NCBI RefSeq assembly: GCF_009914755.1
Contig: NC_060925.1
DNA length: 64,000 bases
Source: the human T2T-CHM13v2.0 reference genome, Homo sapiens
Reading direction: 5' to 3' (one strand)
Shown here: in pieces, positions 42,401 to 56,500 of the stretch
How positions within the stretch are numbered: position 1 is the first letter of the stretch
Layout of the letters: each line of letters starts with the position of its first letter
Position numbers and translations under genes: made by a program
The notes under the pieces: generated by a model
The model's input: the letters and a program-made list of their open reading frames with translations, nothing else
The model's database searches: none
What the model was told of the DNA's origin: nothing

Positions 42401-45400
42401 GAATCGAATGGAATCACCGAATAGAATCGAATGGAACAATCATCGAATGGACTCAAATGGAATTATCCTCAAATGGAATCGAATGGAATTATCGAATGCA
42501 ATCGAATGGAATTATCGAATGCAATCGAATAGAATCATCGAAAGGACTCGAATGGAATCATCGAATGGAATGGAATGGAACAGTCAATGAACTCGAATGG
42601 AATCATCATTGAATGGAATCGAATGGAATCATCGAGTGGAATCGAATGGAATTATGATCAAATGGAATCGAATGTAATCATCATCAAATGGAATCAAAAA
42701 TAACCATCATCAATTGGTATTGAATGGAATTGTCATCAAATGGAATTCAAAGGAATCATCATCAAATGGAACCGAATGGAATCCTCATTGAATGGAAATG
42801 AAAGGGGTCATCATCTAATGGAATCGCATGGAATCATCATCAAATGGAATCGAATGGAATCATCATCAAATGGAATCTAATGGAATCATTGAACAGAATT
42901 GAATGGAATCGTCATCGAATGAATTGAATGCAATCATCGAATGGTCTCGAATGGAATCATCTTCTAATGGAAAGGAATGGAATCATCGCATAGAATCGAA
43001 TGGAATTATCATCGAATGGAATCGAATGGTATCAACACCAAACGGAAAAAAACGGAATTATCGAATGGAATCGAAGAGAATCTTCGAACGGACCCGAATG
43101 GAATCATCTAATGGAATGGAATGGAATAATCCATGGACTCGAATGCAATCATCATCGAATGGAATCGAATGGAATCATCGAATGGACTCGAATGGAATAA
43201 TCATTGAACGGAATCGAATGGAATCATCATCGGATGGAAATGAATGGAATCATCATCGAATGGAATCGAATAGAATTATGGAATGAAATCCAGTGTGATC
43301 ATCATCGAATGGACCCGAATGGAATCATCATCCAACGGAAGCTAATGGAATCAACATCGAATGAATCGAATGGAAACACCATCGAATTGAAACGAATGGA
43401 ATTATCATGAAATTGAAATGGATGGACTCATCATCGAATGGATTCGAATGGAATCATCGAATAAAATTGATTAAAATCATCATCCAATGGAATCGAATGG
43501 TATCATTGAATGGAATCGAATGGAATCATCATCAGATGGAAATGAATGGAATCGTCATAGAATGGAATCGAATGGATTCATTGAATGGAATCAGATGGAA
43601 TCATCGAATGGACTGGAATGGAATCATTGAATGGACTCGAAAGGGATCATTATTGAATGGAATTGAATGGAATCATCGAATGGTCTCGATTGGAATCATT
43701 ACCAAATGGAATCGAATGGAATCACCGAATAGAATCGAATGGAACAATCATCGAATGGACTCAAATGGAATTATCCTCCAATGGAATCGAATGGAATTAT
43801 CGAATGCAATCGAATGGAATTATCGAATGCAATCGAATAGAATCATCGAATGGACTCGAATGGAATCATCGAATGGAATGGAATGGAACAGTCAATGAAC
43901 TCGAATGGAATCATCATTGAATGGAATCGAATGGAATCATCGAGTGGAATCGAATGGAATTATGATCAAATGGAATCGAATGTAATCATCATCAAATGGA
44001 ATCAAAAATAACCATCATCAATTGGTATTGAATGGAATTGTCATCAAATGGAATTCAAAGGAATCATCATCAAATGGAACCGAATGGAATCCTCATTGAA
44101 TGGAAATGAAAGGGGTCATCATCTAATGGAATCGCATGGAATCATCATCAAATGGAATCGAATGGAATCATCATCAAATGGAATCTAATGGAATCATTGA
44201 ACAGAATTGAATGGAATCGTCATCGAATGAATTGAATGCAATCATCGAATGGTCTCGAATGGAATCATCTTCTAATGGAAAGGAATGGAATCATCGCATA
44301 GAATTGAATGGAATTATCATCGAATGGAATCGAATGGTGTCAACACCAAACGGAAAAAAACGGAATTATCGAATGGAATCGAAGAGAATCTTCGAACGGA
44401 CCCGAATGGAATCATCTAATGGAATGGAATGGAATAATCCATGTACTCGAATGCAATCATCATCGAATGGAATCGAATGGAATCATCGAATGGACTCGAA
44501 TGGAATAATCATTGAACGGAATCGAATGGAATCATCATCGGATGGAAACGAATGGAATCATCATCGAATGGAAATGAAAGGAGTCATCATCTAATGGAAT
44601 TGCATGGAATCATCATAAAATGGAATCGAATGGAATCAACATCAAATGGAATCAAATGGAATCATTGAACGGAATTGAATGGAATCGTCATCGAATGAAT
44701 TGAATGCAATCATCGAATGGTCTCGAATGGAATCATCTTCAAATGGAATGGAATGGAATCATCGCATAGAATCAAATGGAATTATCATCGAATGGAATCG
44801 AATGGAATCAACATCAAACGGAAAAAAACGGAATTATCGAATGGAATCGAAGAGAATCATCGAATGGACCCGAATGGAATCACCTAATGGAATGGAATGG
44901 AATAATCCATGGACTCGAATGCAATCATCATCGAATGGAATCGAATGGAATCATCGAATGGACTCGAATGGAATAATCATTGAACGGAATCGAATGGAAT
45001 CATCATCGGATGGAAATGAATGGAATCATCATCGAATGGAATCGAATAGAATTATGGAATGAAATCCAGTGTGATCATCATCGAATGGACCCGAATGGAA
45101 TCATCATCCAACGGAAGCTAATGGAATCAACATCGAATGAATCGAATGGAAACACCATCGAATTGAAACGAATGGAATTATCATGAAATTGAAATGGATG
45201 GACTCATCATCGAATGGATTCGAATGGAATCATCGAATAAAATTGATTGAAATCATCATCCAATGGAATCGAATGGTATCATTGAATGGAATCGAATGGA
45301 ATCATCATCAGATGGAAATGAATGGAATCGTCATAGAATGGAATCGAATGGATTCATTGAATGGAATCAGATGGAATCATCGAATGGACTGGAATGGAAT

Positions 45401-46100
45401 CATTGAATGGACTCGAAAGGGATCATGATTGAATGGAATTGAATGGAATCATCGAATGGTCTCGATTGGAATCATTATCAAATGGAATCGAATGAAATCA
45501 CCGAATAGAATCGAATGGAACAATCATCGAATGGACTCAAATGGAATTATCCTCAAATGGAATCGAATGGAATTATCGAATGCAATCCAATGGAATTATC
45601 GAATGCAATCGAATAGAATCATCGAATGGACTCGAATGGAATCATCGAATGGAATGGAATGGAACAGTCAATGAACTCGAATGGAATCATCATTGAATGG
45701 AATCGAATGGAATCATCGAGTGGAATCGAATGGAATTATGATCAAATGGAATCGAATGTAATCATCATCAAATGGAATCAAAAATAACCATCATCAATTG
45801 GTATTGAATGGAATTGTCATCAAATGGAATTCAAAGGAATCATCATCAAATGGAACCGAATGGAATCCTCATTGAATGGAAATGAAAGGGGTCATCATCT
45901 AATGGAATCGCATGGAATCATCATCAAATGGAATCGAATGGAATCATCATCAAATGGAATCTAATGGAATCATTGAACAGAATTGAATGGAATCGTCATC
46001 GAATGAATTGAATGCAATCATCGAATGGTCTCGAATGGAATCATCTTCTAATGGAAAGGAATGGAATCATCGCATAGAATCGAATGGAATTATCATCGAA
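34950..46100 (+). repeat. 5700-bp (L+3S) offset duplication
   Basis: tgggaca occurs at 35571 and 41271. U22=U26, U23=U27 and U24=U28 by shared SNP haplotypes. Boundaries are approximate. Confidence 0.85.
40287..41594 (+). repeat. 1308-bp short unit, second junction type (early A-to-B junction)
   Basis: A-type tctaatggaaagg is followed by B-type ggaatcaacatc and atcatcgaatgg, with a private C>G at 40641. The same head occurs at 47763 and 50847. Confidence 0.9.
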
Positions 46101-47204
46101 TGGAATCGAATGGTATCAACAGCAAACGGAAAAAAACGGAGTTACCGAATGGAATCGAAGAGAATCTTCGAACGGACCCGAATGGAATCATCTAATGGAA
46201 TGGAATGGAATAATCCATGGACTCGAATGCAATCATCATCGAATGGAATCGAATGGAATCATCGAATGGACTCGAATGGAATAATCATTGAACGGAATCG
46301 AATGGAATCATCATCGGATGGAAACGAATGGAATCATCATCGAATGGAAATGAAAGGAGTCATCATCTAATGGAATTGCATGGAATCATCATAAAATGGA
46401 ATCGAATGGAATCAACATCAAATGGAATCAAATGGAATCATTGAACGGAATTGAATGGAATCGTCATCGAATGAATTGAATGCAATCATCGAATGGTCTC
46501 GAATGGAATCATCTTCTAATGGAAAGGAATGGAATCATCGCATAGAATCGAATGGAATTATCATCGAATGGAATCGAATGGTATCAACAGCAAACGGAAA
46601 AAAACGGAGTTATCGAATGGAATCGAAGAGAATCTTCGAACGGACCCGAATGGAATCATCTAATGGAATGGAATGAAATAATCCATGGACTCGAATGCAA
46701 TCATCATCGAATGGAATCGAATGGAATCATCGAATGGACTCGAATGGAATAATCATTGAACGGAATCGAATGGAATCATCATCGGATGGAAATGAATGGA
46801 ATCATCATCGAATGGAATCGAATAGAATTATGGAATGAAATCCAGTGTGATCATCATCGAATGGACCCGAATGGAATCATCATCCAACGGAAGCTAATGG
46901 AATCAACATCGAATGAATCGAATGGAAACACCATCGAATTGAAACGAATGGAATTATCATGAAATTGAAATGGATGGACACATCATCGAATGGATTCGAA
47001 TGGAATCATCGAATAAAATTGATTGAAATCATCATCAAATGGAATCGAATGGTATCATTGAATGGAATCGAATGGAATCATCCTCAGATGGAAATGAATG
47101 GAATCGTCATAGAATGGAATCGAATGGATTCATTGAATGGAATCAGATGGAATCATCGAATGGACTGGAATGGAATCATTGAATGGACTCGAAAGGGATC
47201 ATTA

Positions 47205-50200
47205 TTGAATGGAATTGAATGGAATCATCGAATGGTCTCGATTGGAATCATTATCAAATGGAATCGAATGGAATCACCGAATAGAATCGAATGGAACAAT
47301 CATCGAATGGACTCAAATGGAATTATCCTCAAATGGAATCGAATGGAATTATCGAATGCAATCGAATGGAATTATCGAATGCAATCGAATAGAATCATCG
47401 AATGGACTCGAATGGAATCATCGAATGGAATGGAATGGAACAGTCAATGAACTCGAATGGAATCATCATTGAATGGAATCGAATGGAATCATCGAGTGGA
47501 ATCGAATGGAATTATGATCAAATGGAATCGAATGTAATCATCATCAAATGGAATCAAAAATAACCATCATCAATTGGTATTGAATGGAATTGTCATCAAA
47601 TGGAATTCAAAGGAATCATCATCAAATGGAACCGAATGGAATCCTCATTGAATGGAAATGAAAGGGGTCATCATCTAATGGAATCGCATGGAATCATCAT
47701 CAAATGGAATCGAATGGAATCATCATCAAATGGAATCTAATGGAATCATTGAACAGAATTGAATGGAATCGTCATCGAATGAATTGAATGCAATCATCGA
47801 ATGGTCTCGAATGGAATCATCTTCTAATGGAAAGGAATGGAATCATCGCATAGAATCGAATGGAATTATCATCGAATGGAATCGAATGGAATCAACATCA
47901 AACGGAAAAAAACGGAATTATCGAATGGAATCGAAGAGAATCATCGAATGGACCCGAATGGAATCATCTAATGGAATGGAATGGAATAATCCATGGACTC
48001 GAATGCAATCATCATCGAATGGAATCGAATGGAATCATCGAATGGACTCGAATGGAATAATCATTGAACGGAATCGAATGGAATCATCATCGGATGGAAA
48101 TGAATGGAATCATCATGGAATGGAATCGAATAGAATTATGGAATGAAATCCAGTGTGATCATCATCGAATGGACCCGAATGGAATCATCATCCAACGGAA
48201 GCTAATGGAATCAACATCGAATGAATCGAATGGAAACACCATCGAATTGAAACGAATGGAATTATCATGAAATTGAAATGGATGGACTCATCATCGAATG
48301 GATTCGAATGGAATCATCGAATAAAATTGATTGAAATCATCATCCAATGGAATCGAATGGTATCATTGAATGGAATCGAATGGAATCATCATCAGATGGA
48401 AATGAATGGAATCGTCATAGAATGGAATCGAATGGATTCATTGAATGGAATCAGATGGAATCATCGAATGGACTGGAATGGAATCATTGAATGGACTCGA
48501 AAGGGATCATGATTGAATGGAATTGAATGGAATCATCGAATGGTCTCGATTGGAATCATTATCAAATGGAATCGAATGGAATCACCGAATAGAATCGAAT
48601 GGAACAATCATCGAATGGACTCAAATGGAATTATCCTCAAATGGAATCGAATGGAATTATCGAATGCAATCGAATGGAATTATCGAATGCAATCGAATAG
48701 AATCATCGAAAGGACTCGAATGGAATCATCGAATGGAATGGAATGGAATAGTCAATGAACTCGAATGGAATCATCATTGAATGGAATCGAATGGAATCAT
48801 CGAGTGGAATCGAATGGAATTATGATCAAATGGAATCGAATGTAATCATCATCAAATGGAATCAAAAATAACCATCATCAATTGGTATTGAATGGAATTG
48901 TCATCAAATGGAATTCAAAGGAATCATCATCAAATGGAACCGAATGGAATCCTCATTGAATGGAAATGAAAGGGGTCATCATCTAATGGAATCGCATGGA
49001 ATCATCATCAAATGGAATCGAATGGAATCATCATCAAATGGAATCTAATGGAATCATTGAACAGAATTGAATGGAATCGTCATCGAATGAATTGAATGCA
49101 ATCATCGAATGGTCTCGAATGGAATCATCTTCTAATGGAAAGGAATGGAATCATCGCATAGAATCGAATGGAATTATCATCGAATGGAATCGAATGGTAT
49201 CAACACCAAACGGAAAAAAACGGAATTATCGAATGGAATCGAAGAGAATCTTCGAACGGACCCGAATGGAATCATCTAATGGAATGGAATGGAATAATCC
49301 ATGGACTCGAATGCAATCATCATCGAATGGAATGGAATGGAATCATCGAATGGACTCGAATGGAATAATCATTGAACGGAATCGAATGGAATCATCATCG
49401 GATGGAAACGAATGGAATCATCATCGAATGGAAATGAAAGGAGTCATCATCTAATGGAATTGCATGGAATCATCATAAAATGGAATCGAATGGAATCAAC
49501 ATCAAATGGAATCAAATGGAATCATTGAACGGAATTGAATGGAATCGTCATCGAATGAATTGACTGCAATCATCGAATGTTCTCGAATGGAATCATCTTC
49601 AAATGGAATGGAATGGAATCATCGCATAGAATCGAATGGAATTATCATCGAATGGAATCGAATGGAATCAACATCAAACGGAAAAAAACGGAATTATCAT
49701 ATGGAATCGAAGAGAATCATCGAATGGACCCGAATGGAATCATCTAATGGAATGGAATGGAATAATCCATGGACTCGAATGCAATCATCATCGAATGGAA
49801 TCGAATGGAATCATCGAATGGACTCGAATGGAATAATCATTGAACGGAATCGAATGGAATCATCATCGGATGGAAATGAATGGAATCATCATCGAATGGA
49901 ATCGAATATAATTATGGAATGAAATCCAGTGTGATCATCATCGAATGGACCCGAATGGAATCATCATCCAACGGAAGCTAATGGAATCAACATCGAATGA
50001 ATCGAATGGAAACACCATCGAATTGAAACGAATGGAATTATCATGAAATTGAAATGGATGGACTCATCATCGAATGGATTCGAATGGAATCATCGAATAA
50101 AATTGATTGAAATCATCATCGAATGGAATCGAATGGTATCATTGAATGGAATCGAATGGAATCATCATCAGATGGAAATGAATGGAATCGTCATAGAATG

Positions 50201-53200
50201 GAATCGAATGGATTCATTGAATGGAATCAGATGGAATCATCGAATGGACTGGAATGGAATCATTGAATGGACTCGAAAGGGATCATGATTGAATGGAATT
50301 GAATGGAATCATCGAATGGTCTCGATTGGAATCATTATCAAATGGAATCGAATGGAATCACCGAATAGAATCGAATGGAACAATCATCGAATGGACTCAA
50401 ATGGAATTATCCTCAAATGGAATCGAATGGAATTATCGAATGCAATCGAATGGAATTATCGAATGCAATCGAATAGAATCATCGAATGGACTCGAATGGA
50501 ATCATCGAATGGAATGGAATGGAACAGTCAATGAACTCGAATGGAATCATCATTGAATGGAATCGAATGGAATCATCGAGTGGAATCGAATGGAATTATG
50601 ATCAAATGGAATCGAATGTAATCATCATCAAATGGAATGAAAAATAACCATCATCAATTGGTATTGAATGGAATTGTCATCAAATGGAATTCAAAGGAAT
50701 CATCATCAAATGGAACCGAATGGAATCCTCATTGAATGGAAATGAAAGGGGTCATCATCTAATGGAATCGCATGGAATCATCATCAAATGGAATCGAATG
50801 GAATCATCATCAAATGGAATCTAATGGAATCATTGAACAGAATTGAATGGAATCGTCATCGAATGAATTGAATGCAATCATCGAATGGTCTCGAATGGAA
50901 TCATCTTCTAATGGAAAGGAATGGAATCATCGCATAGAATCAAATGGAATTATCATCGAATGGAATCGAATGGAATCAACATCAAACGGAAAAAAACGGA
51001 ATTATCGAATGGAATCGAAGAGAATCATCGAATGGACCCGAATGGAATCATCTAATGGAATGGAATGGAATAATCCATGGACTCGAATGCAATCATCATC
51101 GAATGGAATCGAATGGAATCATCGAATGGACTCGAATGGAATAATCATTGAACGGAATCGAATGGAATCATCATCGGATGGAAATGAATGGAATCATCAT
51201 GGAATGGAATCGAATAGAATTATGGAATGAAATCCAGTGTGATCATCATCGAATGGACCCGAATGGAATCATCATCCAACGGAAGCTAATGGAATCAACA
51301 TCGAATGAATCGAATGGAAACACCATCGAATTGAAACGAATGGAATTATCATGAAATTGAAATGGATGGACTCATCATCGAATGGATTCGAATGGAATCA
51401 TCGAATAAAATTGATTGAAATCATCATCCAATGGAATCGAATGGTATCATTGAATGGAATCGAATGGAATCATCATCAGATGGAAATGAATGGAATCGTC
51501 ATAGAATGGAATCGAATGGATTCATTGAATGGAATCAGATGGAATCATCGAATGGACTGGAATGGAATCATTGAATGGACTCGAAAGGGATCATGATTGA
51601 ATGGAATTGAATGGAATCATCGAATGGTCTCGATTGGAATCATTATCAAATGGAATCGAATGGAATCACCGAATAGAATCGAATGGAACAATCATCGAAT
51701 GGACTCAAATGGAATTATCCTCAAATGGAATCGAATGGAATTATCGAATGCAATCGAATGGAATTATCGAATGCAATCGAATAGAATCATCGAAAGGACT
51801 CGAATGGAATCATCGAATGGAATGGAATGGAATAGTCAATGAACTCGAATGGAATCATCATTGAATGGAATCGAATGGAATCATCGAGTGGAATCGAATG
51901 GAATTATGATCAAATGGAATCGAATGTAATCATCATCAAATGGAATCAAAAATAACCATCATCAATTGGTATTGAATGGAATTGTCATCAAATGGAATTC
52001 AAAGGAATCATCATCAAATGGAACCGAATGGAATCCTCATTGAATGGAAATGAAAGGGGTCATCATCTAATGGAATCGCATGGAATCATCATCAAATGGA
52101 ATCGAATGGAATCATCATCAAATGGAATCTAATGGAATCATTGAACAGAATTGAATGGAATCGTCATCGAATGAATTGAATGCAATCATCGAATGGTCTC
52201 GAATGGAATCATCTTCTAATGGAAAGGAATGGAATCATCGCATAGAATCGAATGGAATTATCATCGAATGGAATCGAATGGTATCAACACCAAACGGAAA
52301 AAAACGGAATTATCGAATGGAATCGAAGAGAATCTTCGAACGGACCCGAATGGAATCATCTAATGGAATGGAATGGAATAATCCATGGACTCGAATGCAA
52401 TCATCATCGAATGGAATGGAATGGAATCATCGAATGGACTCGAATGGAATAATCATTGAACGGAATCGAATGGAATCATCATCGGATGGAAACGAATGGA
52501 ATCATCATCGAATGGAAATGAAAGGAGTCATCATCTAATGGAATTGCATGGAATCATCATAAAATGGAATCGAATGGAATCAACATCAAATGGAATCAAA
52601 TGGAATCATTGAACGGAATTGAATGGAATCGTCATCGAATGAATTGACTGCAATCATCGAATGTTCTCGAATGGAATCATCTTCAAATGGAATGGAATGG
52701 AATCATCGCATAGAATCGAATGGAATTATCATCGAATGGAATCGAATGGAATCAACATCAAACGGAAAAAAACGGAATTATCATATGGAATCGAAGAGAA
52801 TCATCGAATGGACCCGAATGGAATCATCTAATGGAATGGAATGGAATAATCCATGGACTCGAATGCAATCATCATCGAATGGAATCGAATGGAATCATCG
52901 AATGGACTCGAATGGAATAATCATTGAACGGAATCGAATGGAATCATCATCGGATGGAAATGAATGGAATCATCATCGAATGGAATCGAATATAATTATG
53001 GAATGAAATCCAGTGTGATCATCATCGAATGGACCCGAATGGAATCATCATCCAACGGAAGCTAATGGAATCAACATCGAATGAATCGAATGGAAACACC
53101 ATCGAATTGAAACGAATGGAATTATCATGAAATTGAAATGGATGGACTCATCATCGAATGGATTCGAATGGAATCATCGAATAAAATTGATTGAAATCAT

Positions 53201-53560
53201 CATCGAATGGAATCGAATGGTATCATTGAATGGAATCGAATGGAATCATCATCAGATGGAAATGAATGGAATCGTCATAGAATGGAATCGAATGGATTCA
53301 TTGAATGGAATCAGATGGAATCATCGAATGGACTGGAATGGAATCATTGAATGGACTCGAAAGGGATCATGATTGAATGGAATTGAATGGAATCATCGAA
53401 TGGTCTCGATTGGAATCATTATCAAATGGAATCGAATGGAATCACCGAATAGAATCGAATGGAACAATCATCGAATGGACTCAAATGGAATTATCCTCAA
53501 ATGGAATCGAATGGAATTATCGAATGCAATCGAATGGAATTATCGAATGCAATCGAATAG
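47205..53560 (+). repeat. Second 3084-bp (S+L) tandem duplication
   Basis: catggaa 48117/51201, gaatagtc 48749/51833, aatgttctc 49580/52664, tatcatat 49699/52783 and cgaatataat all recur at +3084. Confidence 0.9.
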
Positions 53561-56500
53561 AATCATCGAAAGGACTCGAATGGAATCATCGAATGGAATG
53601 GAATGGAACAGTCAATGAACTCGAATGGAATCATCATTGAATGGAATCGAATGGAATCATCGAGTGGAATCGAATGGAATTATGATCAAATGGAATCGAA
53701 TGTAATCATCATCAAATGGAATCAAAAATAACCATCATCAATTGGTATTGAATGGAATTGTCATCAAATGGAATTCAAAGGAATCATCATCAAATGGAAC
53801 CGAATGGAATCCTCATTGAATGGAAATGAAAGGGGTCATCATCTAATGGAATCGCATGGAATCATCATCAAATGGAATCGAATGGAATCATCATCAAATG
53901 GAATCTAATGGAATCATTGAAAAGAATTGAATGGAATCGTCATCGAATGAATTGAATGCAATCATCGAATGGTCTCGAATGGAATCATCTTCTAATGGAA
54001 AGGAATGGAATCATCGCATAGAATCGAATGGAATTATCATCGAATGGAATCGAATGGTATCAACACCAAACGGAAAAAAACGGAATTATCGAATGGAATC
54101 GAAGAGAATCTTCGAACGGACCCGAATGGAATCATCTAATGGAATGGAATGGAATAATCCATGGACTCGAATGCAATCATCATCGAATGGAATCGAATGG
54201 AATCATCGAATGGACTCGAATGGAATAATCATTGAACGGAATCGAATGGAATCATCATCGGATGGAAATGAATGGAATCATCATCGAATGGAATCGAATA
54301 GAATTATGGAATGAAATCCAGTGTGATCATCATCGAATGGACCCGAATGGAATCATCATCCAACGGAAGCTAATGGAATCAACATCGAATGAATCGAATG
54401 GAAACACCATCGAATTGAAACGAATGGAATTATCATGAAATTGAAATGGATGGACTCATCATCGAATGGATTCGAATGGAATCATCGAATAAAATTGATT
54501 GAAATCATCATCCAATGGAATCGAATGGTATCATTGAATGGAATCGAATGGAATCATAATCAGATGGAAATGAATGGAATCGTCATAGAATGGAATCGAA
54601 TGGATTCATTGAATGGAATCAGATGGAATCATCGAATGGACTGGAATGGAATCATTGAATGGACTCGAAAGGGATCATTATTGAATGGAATTGAATGGAA
54701 TCATCGAATGGTCTCGATTGGAATCATTATCAAATGGAATCGAATGGAATCACCGAATAGAATCGAATGGAACAATCATCGAATGGACTCAAATGGAATT
54801 ATCCTCAAATGGAATCGAATGGAATTATCGAATGCAATCGAATGGAATTATCGAATGCAATCGAATAGAATCATCGAAAGGACTCGAATGGAATCATCGA
54901 ATGCAATGGAATGGAACAGTCAATGAACTCGAATGGAATCATCATTGAATGGAATCGAATGGAATCATCGAGTGGAATCGAATGGAATTATGATCAAATG
55001 GAATCGAATGTAATCATCATCAAATGGAATCAAAAATAACCATCATCAATTGGTATTGAATGGAATTGTCATCAAATGGAATTCAAAGGAATCATCATCA
55101 AATGGAACCGAATGGAATCCTCATTGAATGGAAATGAAAGGGGTCATCATCTAATGGAATCGCATGGAATCATCATCAAATGGAATCGAATGGAATCATC
55201 ATCAAATGGAATCTAATGGAATCATTGAACAGAATTGAATGGAATCGTCATCGAATGAATTGAATGCAATCATCGAATGGTCTCGAATGGAATCATCTTC
55301 TAATGGAATGGAATGGAATCATCGCATAGAATCGAATGGAATTATCATCGAATGGAATCGAATGGTATCAACACCAAACGGAAAAAAACGGAATTATCGA
55401 ATGGAATCGAAGAGAATCTTCGAACGGACCCGAATGGAATCATCTAATGGAATGGAATGGAATAATCCATGGACTCGAATGCAATCATCATCGAATGGAA
55501 TCGAATGGAATCATCGAATGGACTCGAATGGAATAATCATTGAACGGAATCGAATGGAATCATCATCGGATGGAAATGAATGGAATCATCATCGAATGGA
55601 ATCGAATAGAATTATGGAATGAAATCCAGTGTGATCATCATCGAATGGACCCGAATGGAATCATCATCCAACGGAAGCTAATGGAATCAACATCGAATGA
55701 ATCGAATGGAAACACCATCGAATTGAAACGAATGGAATTATCATGAAATTGAAATGGATGGACTCATAATCGAATGGATTCGAATGGAATCATCGAATAA
55801 AATTGATTGAAATCATCATCCAATGGAATCGAATGGTATCATTGAATGGAATCGAATGGAATCATCATCAGATGGAAATGAATGGAATCGTCATAGAATG
55901 GAATCGAATGGATTCATTGAATGGAATCAGATGGAATCATCGAATGGACTGGAATGGAATCATTGAATGGACTCGAAAGGGATCATTATTGAATGGAATT
56001 GAATGGAATCATCGAATGGTCTCGATTGGAATCATTACCAAATGGAATCGAATGGAATCACCGAATAGAATCGAATGGAACAATCATCGAATGGACTCAA
56101 ATGGAATTATCCTCAAATGGAATGGAATGGAATTATCGAATGCAATCGAATGGAATTATCGAATGCAATCGAATAGAATCATCGAATGGACTCGAATGGA
56201 ATCATCGAATGGAATGGAATGGAACAGTCAATGAACTCGAATGGAATCATCATTGAATGGAATCGAATGGAATCATCGAGTGGAATCGAATGGAATTATG
56301 ATCAAATGGAATCGAATGTAATCATCATCAAATGGAATCAAAAATAACCATCATCAATTGGTATTGAATGGAATTGTCATCAAATGGAATTCAAAGGAAT
56401 CATCATCAAATGGAACCGAATGGAATCCTCATTGAATGGAAATGAAAGGGGTCATCATCTAATGGAATCGCATGGAATCATCATCCAATGGAATCGAATG

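Noticed and set aside
55300-55315. U35 head tctaatggaatgg as a third deletion junction class
   Set aside because: Only one B-like base sits among A-type markers, so a point mutation or micro-conversion is enough to explain it.
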